Below are positions 1 to 9,922 of a stretch of DNA of 64,000 nt, piece by piece (position 1 is the first letter of the stretch; each line of letters begins with the position of its first letter). This stretch comes from Spirochaetota bacterium (GTDB lineage Bacteria > Spirochaetota > UBA12135 > COTS27), in assembly GCA_013426755.1 (NCBI GenBank), contig AP019861.1:1632489-1696488 (forward strand), written 5' to 3'. Made by a program: the position numbers and the translations under genes. Under the pieces are notes generated by a model that ran no database searches, was not told where the DNA came from, and saw nothing but the letters and a program-made list of their open reading frames with translations.

Positions 1-2049
1 ACCCGCTGCGTAAGAGCGTGTGATCGTAGCATTGCTACTGTTATAGCCGACGAGACCGCCGACGTCATTGCCCCTGCCAAGAACAACGCCCGCTGCATAA
101 GAATCGTTAATCATTGAACCACTATTATACCCCACCAAACCACCCACACGATATAATCTCCCCGTCACAGCACCCGTCGTATAAGAACGCGTGATCGCAG
201 AAGCATTGTCGTTATAGCCAACGAGGCCGCCTATATTATTCGCCATTCCCATCACATCGGCTGTCGCATGACAATCTCCAATCATAGAAGCGTCATTGTA
301 CCCGATAAGACCGCCTAGCTCGTTAGTTCCCGTAACAACACCCGTCACATAAGAATTGACAATCGTAGAACGACTGCTATACCCCACCAAGCCGCCTACG
401 GTATTTCTGCCCGTAACATTCACATTCGTTAAACCGCAATTTTCAATCACGCCCTCTAAAACATAACCGAACAATCCTACATTATTGGCACGTCTATTGA
501 TATAAAGGTTAGCGATTTCATTGCCTTGACAATCCACCCTACCCATAAAATAAACACCTCCCGTCCCAATCCCAATAGGACTGAACCCCACACCACCACT
601 AGAGCCAATTTCACTCCACGGTGCAAATCGCCTCCCAAGGTCTACTGGCTCTGTTATTCTGTAATAAGCATCCGCATACGCTAGCCCAGTTGGAGTTACT
701 GACCTAGCATTGACTGATCTAGAAATGAGGTCTAATCTTCTATCGTTATTGATAATGAAGGGATCATTTTCGATTCCCGTTCCAAAGAGACCTGCCGCAG
801 TACAAAGTGCCGTCGTCATTACCGTTAGCGACGCAAAAGTCTCAATTTCCACATTATCTTCACTCAAAACCAAAGAAATATCGCTATAAGTTCCCATTTC
901 ATATACATTAATAGTAGAAGGACTCATCCCAGTAAGCCTCGCCGTAAGCCTATAGGCCGCTCGATTTTGCTTGACTCCACCAACAAGAACTTCATACGAA
1001 GGCGGAAAAACGCCACATTCCGTCAAGACAATCGTACTCCTATCAAAACCAATAGAAGACGTCCCCTCCGATAACAATAAAGCCATTTTCACATCGCCCG
1101 CCTTCCCACCAAGCAAATGCACCTGCACTAAATCACCTAATACCAACTGAATATAATACTTCACAGGCTCACTTCCTACCGCCGTAGGGACTACCGTAAA
1201 GGTGAGTTCTTCATCAACAGCCCTTGTTATTATGTTTGTAATGCCTGGGGGATTGAGGGAAGTACCAGGTAAGGTTAGCGTACTGCCTCCTATAATTTCA
1301 TATTCGCTCGGATCGGTCGTATCTTTTATCATCAATATTAAGTCTTCACTAAAACCAGGTTCTTTGTTTTTAATACCACCCATTGTAACAATATTGTCAT
1401 TGATAGATAAGACCACCACCTTTTTATATGCAGGGTGATTCCCACTAGCAAAGGTGATGTCTTCTAACCTAAGCGGTGTCCGCATAACATACTCGTCTAA
1501 CCGCAACTCAATTCTATATATCACAGGCTTTCCATCAGGTAACGGTGTGATTCTAAACACAGTCTGCTCTAATGTATTTGTTATAAGACCCGTGCCTATT
1601 GGATTTAACTGCGTCTCTAAGATCGTAACCCTCTCAGGTTCTGCTTTGTACTTAGCAGGACTGTCTTTATCGATAATACTTAACGTAAGTGTCTCAGAAC
1701 GATTAGCATCAGGTAGATTGATAATGTTACTGATGACGATCAATGACTCCTCTTCGATCATTACCGTAGCCAAGCCGTACTGCGTCGCATCGCCGCCCGA
1801 CGCCGTAAGCTCAATGTCCTCTATCTCAAGTGGAGAACCCACAGACCCTACACCAGCACTACTCCCTGCAGACACGACGCAACTACTTAGAACCACCCAG
1901 AATCCAAAAATAACAACCCCAAAAACGCAAGTAAATATCTTAGATAGGCAGAAAAATGGGTAGAAATAACGCAAACGACCGTAACGAGATAAATCACTCC
2001 ACCTACTTGGTGCTACCCATTTTTTATCACTCCACATTTGACAACCCAT
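1..2049 (-). CDS. GLUG-repeat surface lipoprotein, paralog 1 (3' end runs off window; not in ORF track)
   Basis: Manual translation of the 5' part from ATG 2049 (alt. 2037): MGCQMWSDKKW...VIFGFWVVLSSC (lipobox-like), then SPLEIEDIELTASGGD as in the other paralogs. Bases 60-1 in the same frame read GGLVGYNSSNATITRSYAAG. In-frame TGA just upstream at 2059-2061. Confidence 0.9.
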   Translation of the reverse strand, partial: MGCQMWSDKKWVAPSRWSDLSRYGRLRYFYPFFCLSKIFTCVFGVVIFGFWVVLSSCVVSAGSSAGVGSVGSPLEIEDIELTASGGDATQYGLATVMIEEESLIVISNIINLPDANRSETLTLSIIDKDSPAKYKAEPERVTILETQLNPIGTGLITNTLEQTVFRITPLPDGKPVIYRIELRLDEYVMRTPLRLEDITFASGNHPAYKKVVVLSINDNIVTMGGIKNKEPGFSEDLILMIKDTTDPSEYEIIGGSTLTLPGTSLNPPGITNIITRAVDEELTFTVVPTAVGSEPVKYYIQLVLGDLVQVHLLGGKAGDVKMALLLSEGTSSIGFDRSTIVLTECGVFPPSYEVLVGGVKQNRAAYRLTARLTGMSPSTINVYEMGTYSDISLVLSEDNVEIETFASLTVMTTALCTAAGLFGTGIENDPFIINNDRRLDLISRSVNARSVTPTGLAYADAYYRITEPVDLGRRFAPWSEIGSSGGVGFSPIGIGTGGVYFMGRVDCQGNEIANLYINRRANNVGLFGYVLEGVIENCGLTNVNVTGRNTVGGLVGYSSRSTIVNSYVTGVVTGTNELGGLIGYNDASMIGDCHATADVMGMANNIGGLVGYNDNASAITRSYTTGAVTGRLYRVGGLVGYNSGSMINDSYAAGVVLGRGNDVGGLVGYNSSNATITRSYAAG

Positions 2050-2172
2050 TCTAAATATTCACGTATAGACACATTTCGTCTGGTGCCGATACGTTGTACT
2101 TATTAAAAGCCGTGCAAGTACGCTCTGCACTGAGGATGACTTACATCGATGCACTGCTGAGGCTAGATGCAG

Positions 2173-4404
2173 CTAGGGACAAGCCGCCGATGAGTCCGTC
2201 TGCCGCATAGGACAGACCACTGATTGTAATATCGGATATCTACCACTCGCAAAAGACCAGATAGCAGCACCCCAATTAAAATAGACATGGGTACTGGCAG
2301 TTCCAGGAGCCGTAGCACTCGTCATCTGAGCTGTTGTCCTCGGCCCATTACCTCTGTCTCCCGCACTAGCCATCTGCCCTGTCGTCTCAGAGTCCCAGTA
2401 AGAATAGGTAACAGTTGCGCTAGTGTCTTCAGATCCCACTAAACCTCCTATATTTGCAGGTCCTGTCACAGCCCCGACCGCATAGGAATTAGTGATAGAG
2501 CCACTATTCGTCCCAGCCAAGCCTCCGCTCCAATTAGTAGTCGCTGTCACACTCCCGCGCGCATAGGAATTACTGATCACAGCTGAGGCAACGTTCGCCC
2601 CGGCTAACCCTCCTGCACCAATGCCTCCTGTCACAGCACCGGTCGCGTAGGATGTAGCGATCGTAGAGCCACTGCCAGTATTTAGCCCAACTAGACCTCC
2701 TACCAATTGCGTTCCTCCTACAGTGGCTGTCGTATAAGAATCACTGATCATAGCAGAGGCATCATTCTGTCCAACCAAGCCTCCGACATTAGTACTTCCT
2801 GTTACGGCGCCTGTCACATAGGAGTTACTGATCGTAGAGTTACGGTTGGACCCGACTAGACCTCCCACTTGTTCGCCCCCTGTAACTTTAACATCTGCTA
2901 GAAAACAATTCTCAATTGTAGCGCCTGCAATAAACCCAAATAATCCTATATTATCAGTAGTACTTCTATTTATATAAAGATTAGAGATCGCATTGCCTTG
3001 ACAGTCCACCGTGCCTGTAAATATAGCACGATCCGTACCGATAGGACGAAATCCCTGTGAAGTTCCCCCTTCAAGCCACGTCGCCCCATCGGCAGCTGCA
3101 AGGTTTATACTCCTCGTTACTCTGTAATGCGCACTTCGATAACTAGCTGCATCCGTCATTAAATCAACCATTAGATTTAACTTTCTATCGTTATCAATGA
3201 TATAAGGATCAGTACTCGTTCCTGTTCCTGAGAGACCTGCCGCCGTACAAGCTGCATCAATTGACATTCGCACTGAAAAAGTTTCTATCACAGTACTGCC
3301 CTCATTTAATACCACAGAAACATCTATAGGTGCTGATGCCGTAGTCACATATGGATTAGCATCACGAATCGTTGTAGGAGTCGTAACTGTATAAGATGCT
3401 GTGCTCACCGTTCCACCGAGAAGAACTTCATACGGCGGCGGAAATGAAAATCTGCGATTATTACATTCTTTTAAAGAAGCCGTATTCATAGAACTAGGTG
3501 GAGTAGGTGTTCCTTCGGATAATAGCAGATCCTCTGCAAGATCTCCCGTATCTCCGCCAAGTAACCTCAACTGAATCAAATCTCCTAACACTAAATTGAC
3601 ATAATATTTTACAGGTTCGCTGCCTGCTGCTGTGGGCATTATTGTAAAACTGAGGTCTTCATTAAATATGACGTTTGTATTAGTAACACCATCAGGATTG
3701 AGGGCGGCGCCTGGTAAGGTTATTGTAGGACCTCCCGTAACTTCATATTCATTAGGCGTCGTCTCATCTCTTACCGTAAGCATTAAGTCTGCAGCAAACC
3801 CCGCTTCTTTGTTTTTAAAGCCACCGATTGTGATGACATTATCACTCACTGACATTACAGTCAAGCTCCTGTAAGCAGGGGGCAGACCACCTATAATAGT
3901 AACGTCCCTCATTTCAATCAAATCAGTCATCACCACAGGCCGAACAAACGCCTCAAGTCGCAATTCGATCCCATACACGATAGCCTCTCCACCAGCTGCT
4001 GGTGTGATCGTAAACATAGTATTTTCTAACATAATGTTCGTCGCATTAATCCCCGCTGGATTTAAGGCTGTAACGGGAATGTCAATCGAAGCTGGTGAAA
4101 CCGTATAGGTAGCAGGACTCTCTTTATCGGCGATACTTATCGTCAAGGTCTCATCACTTGCCGATTCTAAACGATTGGTGATGCCACTGATAATAAGGGT
4201 AGAACCCTCAATCGTTACCCTAGCCGCAGCGTACGGCGATGAGTCGCCACTTGTTGGAACTATCGTAATATCTCCTATTTCAAGCGGAGAGGGGACGGGT
4301 GGTATTACCCCATTATCATTAGTGTCTGTTGCTGTCGTGCAGCTAATAAGAAACGTAACAACAGTATATAGAAGAACTAATAAAGCCAATTGATATACAT
4401 TCAT
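2173..4404 (-). CDS. GLUG-repeat surface lipoprotein, paralog 2 (2 stalk domains)
   Basis: 743 aa; signal ending FLISC; SGTGTSTDPYIIDNDR cap; repeated VGGLVG/SYATGAV coils; C-terminal W-x-F-xx-G-x-YP..C..C cap. Confidence 0.92.
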   Translation of the reverse strand: MNVYQLALLVLLYTVVTFLISCTTATDTNDNGVIPPVPSPLEIGDITIVPTSGDSSPYAAARVTIEGSTLIISGITNRLESASDETLTISIADKESPATYTVSPASIDIPVTALNPAGINATNIMLENTMFTITPAAGGEAIVYGIELRLEAFVRPVVMTDLIEMRDVTIIGGLPPAYRSLTVMSVSDNVITIGGFKNKEAGFAADLMLTVRDETTPNEYEVTGGPTITLPGAALNPDGVTNTNVIFNEDLSFTIMPTAAGSEPVKYYVNLVLGDLIQLRLLGGDTGDLAEDLLLSEGTPTPPSSMNTASLKECNNRRFSFPPPYEVLLGGTVSTASYTVTTPTTIRDANPYVTTASAPIDVSVVLNEGSTVIETFSVRMSIDAACTAAGLSGTGTSTDPYIIDNDRKLNLMVDLMTDAASYRSAHYRVTRSINLAAADGATWLEGGTSQGFRPIGTDRAIFTGTVDCQGNAISNLYINRSTTDNIGLFGFIAGATIENCFLADVKVTGGEQVGGLVGSNRNSTISNSYVTGAVTGSTNVGGLVGQNDASAMISDSYTTATVGGTQLVGGLVGLNTGSGSTIATSYATGAVTGGIGAGGLAGANVASAVISNSYARGSVTATTNWSGGLAGTNSGSITNSYAVGAVTGPANIGGLVGSEDTSATVTYSYWDSETTGQMASAGDRGNGPRTTAQMTSATAPGTASTHVYFNWGAAIWSFASGRYPILQSVVCPMRQTDSSAACP

Positions 4405-4515
4405 GGTGACCTCGCTATTTTTTTAAAAAATCGCAGGAGGAGTAGTCGTTATTAATTGCTGTGTCCACTCGCCCGTACTTTTATTTATTTTAAGTTTATG
4501 ATTAAGATTGAAATA

Positions 4516-4741
4516 AAGTCTGCTTGCACCTGCCAAGAAATCTCCTCAATTATTCGTGCCCGACCAAGCAATCCATCTTCAAAGACCTACCAAGTCTGCT
4601 ACGCCCTACCAAGAAATCTCCTCAATTATTCGTACCCGACCAAGCAATCCATCTTCAAAGATCAATCAAGTCTGCTACACCTACCAAGAAATCTCCTCAA
4701 TTATTCGTGCCCGACCAAGCAATCCATATTCAAAGACCTAC
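4516..4741. repeat. ~76-bp tandem repeat, ~3 copies
   Basis: aagtctgct...ccaagaaatctcctcaattattcgt(g/a)cccgaccaagcaatccatcttcaaaga starts at 4516, 4592 and 4668. Confidence 0.9.
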
Positions 4742-4835
4742 CCCCGATTGCACCCATTCCAATGAACAAAAAGCCATCCATCTCGACCTGCCCCCCCGAC
4801 TGCCTCGATTCCAAATAATTGACTAGGAAAATTAA

Positions 4836-7800
4836 CTAGGGGCAATCCGCCGTTGGGGTCGTCTGCCGCACAGAACAGACCACTGGCTGCAGTGTCGGAT
4901 AGGCACTTCCTGAAAAAGACCAGATAGCAGCATTCCAATTAAAATAAACATCCGTGTCAGCCGCACCAGGAGCCGTAGCATTCGTCATATCAGCTGTCGG
5001 TCTTCCGCCTACAGCACCGCTACCGGCACTTTCACTCTGACCTGTTGTAGCCGTATCCCAATAGGAATTTACGATATTCCCCTCAGAGTTAGCTCCGACT
5101 AAACCGCCGACACTATCCATACCAGAGACCGCTCCCGTAGCATAAGCATTTGAGACGAGCGCATTAAGGTCTTTGAGGTTTCTATAAAAAGGGTCAGGGG
5201 CATAGTAACTGATAACATTCCTTCCTGTGATACCGCCTACAGCAGTTCTTCCGCTTACAGAACCGGTCCTATGATAGGCATTGGTGATGTGACTAGAAGC
5301 ACTATGTCCTAAGACACCACCTACATTATCTCCTCCTTCCACATTCCCGGTCGCATAAACATTGGAAATATTGCCGTAATGGGAATAGCCCACCACTCCA
5401 CCGACATTGTTATTTCCTGTTACATTTCCACTCGCATAAGAATCAAGAACTATGTCGTATTTGCTCTTTCTTACATACAGAGTGTAGTAATGTCCAACAA
5501 GCCCGCCTACATAATCACCCGTCGCAGTAACATCTCCCGTAGCATAAGATGAGGTCACAGCAGCATATCTAGAGATCTTTCCGATCAAACCACCGACACG
5601 ATTAGCCCCGCTCACAGCGCCCGTCGCCCACGTATTACTCAGATAAATCAGCGATCCGCTCGACTCTTGACCTAACGCCCCTTGTAAAACAGTTATCGAT
5701 TCACCAGTAGCGGAGCTCGGAAAGAAAGGACTGCTCTGCATTAGTCCTACCAGCCCCCCCACGTCATTAACACCCGTAACCGCTCCCGTCGCATGAGAAT
5801 TAACAGAGACCGAATCGATCATACTGACATCGTAATTAGTAGATGCAAAACCAGAAGGCACATTGACATAACCTGTCGTATGCTGTCCTACGAGACCACC
5901 TACTCTATCAGTACCCGTAACAACAGCCTCAGCTCTCGAGTTTGAAAAGACCGAAAAGAAACTGTAGCCGATCAACCCGCCTACATCATTCGTTCCATTG
6001 ACAGGCCTCTCACCCACATAACTATTTGTTATAATAGCAGCAACACTAGCGCCCACTAGGCCTCCTACAGCATACGCTCCCGTAACAGTCCCAGCACCCG
6101 CTTCGACATAAGAATCATTAATCCGAGCAGCAGTACCCCTATTTGGCAAGACAACCCGATGAAAATAAAGAGGTCCATCCCCATAACGCGGTTGATAAAT
6201 ACTAAGAGATGGATAATTGAGACCGATGAGGCCACCGACATTGAGTTGTCCTTCTATACTTGCCGCTGCTTTGGTGTGAGAATTTTCAACAATAGCATTT
6301 CTAAGAACCACTCCAACCAAACCTCCGACATTGGTCTGACCGCTCACAGTGGCTGCGGAGTAGGAATTTGTAATAATTCCCTCATGGTTATGTCCTACCA
6401 AGCCGCCTACCTGTCTCTGCCCTGTAACAGTCGCCGCTGAGTAAGACCTGTCATTAGGAGGATCAGGTACAGTCCCCATTACTGTAGCATCATAAATTCC
6501 CCCAACTAAGCCACCTACGTCATTTACGCCAGTAACAGTCCCCGTTGTCACACGAGAGTCTAAAATAACAGTATTAGTGTCATCGTTATCTAAACTCACG
6601 GCACGACCGACTAATGCGCCCACATTAGTTGCGCCCGTCACATTAACATTGACCAATTCACAATTTTTGATCTCGACAGGGCTAGCATTCGCACCCGCAA
6701 CAGAACCGAACAGCCCTACATCATTAAAATAAGATATATATTGAATACTGTTATTTTGGGCTGCGAGCAAATTAGCAGGAATACTAAAACGCACCCCTGC
6801 ATTAACACCGCTAAATAAATTGACACGCGCTTTGTTGATAAAAAGATTGGAGACCACATTAGTACCACAATCAAAGCTTCCCCTAAAAGGAAATCCATAC
6901 TGCCCTAGCGACTGAAAGCCAGCCCATCCCGTATCACTCCACGGCATATTCGCCTCTCCTAAGTCGACGTCCGCTGTGAGTTTGTAAAATTTATTTCCAA
7001 ACTCACTGTTACTGCGATAGATCAAATGAGAAACTAATTCTAATTGAATAGGCGTACTTAGTTCGTAGGCATTTGCCGCATCAACTCCCGTACCCGTAGT
7101 AATTCCAGCAGCAGCCAGCGTATCACAAGGAGGAAATTCGACATTGACTACAAAGTCCTCTTTGAGAGCATTTCCACTACTGTTATTGAGTGTCAATGTT
7201 TTCACGAGCCGATAGTTAGTAGAAGTTTCAGCAGGCACATGTATTCGTCTATCATAATACCTATACCTAGGAAAAGGCGTATTAGAACTTACCGTATCGC
7301 CCATAGAGGTACCATCTAAAAACACTGTTGAAGCAGCCACAGTGAGATATTCACATGCATTCGTAAGGGTAATCACATCACCACTCGCTACCCTAACAGG
7401 AGAATTTTCAATGTTAGCAGTCACCTCTAACAGCAACGCATCAGAAAAACTGACAAGAATGGTATGCGGAACAACAACACCACTGTTAGTCACATCTACA
7501 GACAACTCGATATTCGTTCGTTCAAAGCCCTCAGGGTTACTAAAAGGCAGAGGCGATGGAGAAACCTCATAATCCGGCGAGGTATTCGGGGGCGTGGTCG
7601 GAGGCGTGATCGTCACAGAACCGTCACCCGAAGTGCCCGTAAAATTCGTAAAACCTGTAATCGTCACAATCAACCTAGGATCGATCGTAATATCCGAAGT
7701 CGCAGGGTCACCAGTAACAGTGCTCCCACCAAACGTAGCAGAAATATGCTCTGCACGCAGCGGTGACATATACGGAACAAGCGTGATCTCCACACGATAA

Positions 7801-9863
7801 GACTCGCTATTGGCTGGGTAATCCGTTTCTAAAATAGTAATAGAGCCCATATTGCCATTATTAATGGCTGCAATCCCTAAATCATCTGGGTCCCTAAGAT
7901 CAGCGATTCCTGTAACCGAATACCCATCAGGAAGACTAAACTCTAAGGCAACCTCTCCATTTCTAACATTAGTAAGCGCCCCCGTCATAGAAATAAGTTT
8001 ATTCCCACTATTAAATCCTATCGTAGCCGTCTGCATCGCGAAACTACCTCCCGTAAGATACGTAGCGTAACCTCCCATAGTGAACCACCCGCTCACAGAC
8101 CAACCCCTAAAAACAGGGGCCTCAAGCGCATAAGTCACCGCCGATCCACCCATAGGTGTTACTGTAAAAGTCGAAGCATTGAGCGTTCCTTCACCAGGGG
8201 AAAAACCCGCCGGTTCAGATATTGTAATAGCAGGAGTAACCGACGAAGCAAATAGTGTAGAGGACGTAATCACAAAATCATAATCATTGTCGCCCGTTTG
8301 ATTGGTGAGTCCTGTGACGCGGATAAGCGTATTGCCTGCACTGTCCGTCTGATCGGTAAATTCGATTATAAGATCTGATAAAGGAGAACTGCTTTGATCT
8401 CTGATCTCAATGTGAATACCTGGCGTGAATGCGGTTAATTCTGCTAGCGCAATATCAGGAAGGGCATAACTCACTCTCCGAGCAGCATCGCCCAATTCAT
8501 AAATAACAAGCGGCGGCTGCGCTGAGAGATCAATTGTTGCCGCACCCGTAGCTGCGTCATCAGGATCGTCTAGCATAACAGGACTGGTAAAAATTGACCT
8601 AAAACCGCGCGGGAGATCGGCTAGCGTAATAGAGCCCTCTATTCCCATGCCTCCCATACCATTGGTCAGTCCTTCGAACACCAGCATGGATCCGCCATTA
8701 TCATTCGTAGCAACAGTCGTCGCGGCGCGCTGTGAAGAAAATATAGCCGTCACATAAGACGTGATCCACTCGGAGATCGGAGCACCGCTGATGCGTGTCT
8801 TCACCGTGAACATCACAGGCTCTTCTGCCCCAGAAAAGGTAATTGCGATCCTATTCGTAAAATCATAGGGGGAGATATGGTCTGTGGCGGCGACAGTAAA
8901 ACTAGTCGGATCACTCGTAAAACCTGCGTTCTGCGGAATAGTGATCGTCTGAGAGATCAAGTCGCCACTTACCGTATTCGTCAAGCCTGAGACCAGCAGC
9001 GACGTGAGAGTGGCGTCTGTTTGGTCTTGAACGAGGGCAAGACCTGCATTACCTGATCTGATACCATTTAGGACTTGTAAGAATTGATTCTGAGCCAGCG
9101 TTGCTTCAGACACTGCGTACACACGGCGGTTATCGGGATTTTCTTGTTCGCTCACGCGTAGCGAAGAAGCGGAGAAGACAATATTCGTTTCGCCTATGAC
9201 GACATTGTCGGGGTCATTGACGAGAATAGAGTCAGGCTCGGACACAAACCCAGCGGGCAGATTAGTCACCGTGATCGATCCCTGTCCGTTATAGGCATTC
9301 GTAAGCCCTGCGAGGGAAAAAGTATTATTGCTCATGGCTAACGTCACCGTAGCGGACACAGAAGCAAAGTCAGCCACAACATAAGATGCGAACGTGTCTT
9401 CTGTAAGCCACGTATCGATAGGAGCACCACTGATACGAGACTCTACTTCATAGACGACAGGAGCATCATCAGTTTCTGTCATCACCATGAGCGTGGCACT
9501 AGTATCGATGTGGGGAGAGATAAGTTGGGCGGCAGTTGCTGTAATGTTAGTTGGCTCTGTAGTAAAGCCACTCTCCTGGTTAATGTCCAATGTCCATGAA
9601 GGCGCTGCCCCTGCGGACGAATTCGTGAATCCAGAAATCACCAGGCGCCTACGCTCTTTATCCTCAACAACGACCAGATTTTCTATACCAGGATTACTCG
9701 CCTCGATAAGGGTAGCGAGGTCTTCATGCACAGAGAACGTCTCGGTTCGCGTCCCACAGCCAATCAGTCCAATAGTAGCTAACATCACTACCCCTAAAAC
9801 AATACACCTAAACCCGTTAAAATTAGCTTTTCTGCTGCTTTTCATCACACACGCTCCCATCAA
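4836..9863 (-). CDS. Large GLUG-repeat surface lipoprotein, paralog 3 (~7 stalk domains, long beta-helix with inserted loops)
   Basis: 1675 aa; signal ending GLIGC; seven (G/A)(L/F)TN-type domains; more than 10 VGG(L/I/V)(V/I)G coils; same C-cap type as paralog 2. Confidence 0.92.
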   Translation of the reverse strand: MMGACVMKSSRKANFNGFRCIVLGVVMLATIGLIGCGTRTETFSVHEDLATLIEASNPGIENLVVVEDKERRRLVISGFTNSSAGAAPSWTLDINQESGFTTEPTNITATAAQLISPHIDTSATLMVMTETDDAPVVYEVESRISGAPIDTWLTEDTFASYVVADFASVSATVTLAMSNNTFSLAGLTNAYNGQGSITVTNLPAGFVSEPDSILVNDPDNVVIGETNIVFSASSLRVSEQENPDNRRVYAVSEATLAQNQFLQVLNGIRSGNAGLALVQDQTDATLTSLLVSGLTNTVSGDLISQTITIPQNAGFTSDPTSFTVAATDHISPYDFTNRIAITFSGAEEPVMFTVKTRISGAPISEWITSYVTAIFSSQRAATTVATNDNGGSMLVFEGLTNGMGGMGIEGSITLADLPRGFRSIFTSPVMLDDPDDAATGAATIDLSAQPPLVIYELGDAARRVSYALPDIALAELTAFTPGIHIEIRDQSSSPLSDLIIEFTDQTDSAGNTLIRVTGLTNQTGDNDYDFVITSSTLFASSVTPAITISEPAGFSPGEGTLNASTFTVTPMGGSAVTYALEAPVFRGWSVSGWFTMGGYATYLTGGSFAMQTATIGFNSGNKLISMTGALTNVRNGEVALEFSLPDGYSVTGIADLRDPDDLGIAAINNGNMGSITILETDYPANSESYRVEITLVPYMSPLRAEHISATFGGSTVTGDPATSDITIDPRLIVTITGFTNFTGTSGDGSVTITPPTTPPNTSPDYEVSPSPLPFSNPEGFERTNIELSVDVTNSGVVVPHTILVSFSDALLLEVTANIENSPVRVASGDVITLTNACEYLTVAASTVFLDGTSMGDTVSSNTPFPRYRYYDRRIHVPAETSTNYRLVKTLTLNNSSGNALKEDFVVNVEFPPCDTLAAAGITTGTGVDAANAYELSTPIQLELVSHLIYRSNSEFGNKFYKLTADVDLGEANMPWSDTGWAGFQSLGQYGFPFRGSFDCGTNVVSNLFINKARVNLFSGVNAGVRFSIPANLLAAQNNSIQYISYFNDVGLFGSVAGANASPVEIKNCELVNVNVTGATNVGALVGRAVSLDNDDTNTVILDSRVTTGTVTGVNDVGGLVGGIYDATVMGTVPDPPNDRSYSAATVTGQRQVGGLVGHNHEGIITNSYSAATVSGQTNVGGLVGVVLRNAIVENSHTKAAASIEGQLNVGGLIGLNYPSLSIYQPRYGDGPLYFHRVVLPNRGTAARINDSYVEAGAGTVTGAYAVGGLVGASVAAIITNSYVGERPVNGTNDVGGLIGYSFFSVFSNSRAEAVVTGTDRVGGLVGQHTTGYVNVPSGFASTNYDVSMIDSVSVNSHATGAVTGVNDVGGLVGLMQSSPFFPSSATGESITVLQGALGQESSGSLIYLSNTWATGAVSGANRVGGLIGKISRYAAVTSSYATGDVTATGDYVGGLVGHYYTLYVRKSKYDIVLDSYASGNVTGNNNVGGVVGYSHYGNISNVYATGNVEGGDNVGGVLGHSASSHITNAYHRTGSVSGRTAVGGITGRNVISYYAPDPFYRNLKDLNALVSNAYATGAVSGMDSVGGLVGANSEGNIVNSYWDTATTGQSESAGSGAVGGRPTADMTNATAPGAADTDVYFNWNAAIWSFSGSAYPTLQPVVCSVRQTTPTADCP

Positions 9864-9922
9864 ACATCTATTAAAAACATCTAAAAAAAATATTCATTAA
9901 AATTCTTTTTGCTTTTCATTTC

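Noticed and set aside
4456-4938. Overlapping small ORFs in the paralog 2/3 spacer
   Set aside because: Products of the 76-bp repeat cycling through reading frames; no recognisable protein.
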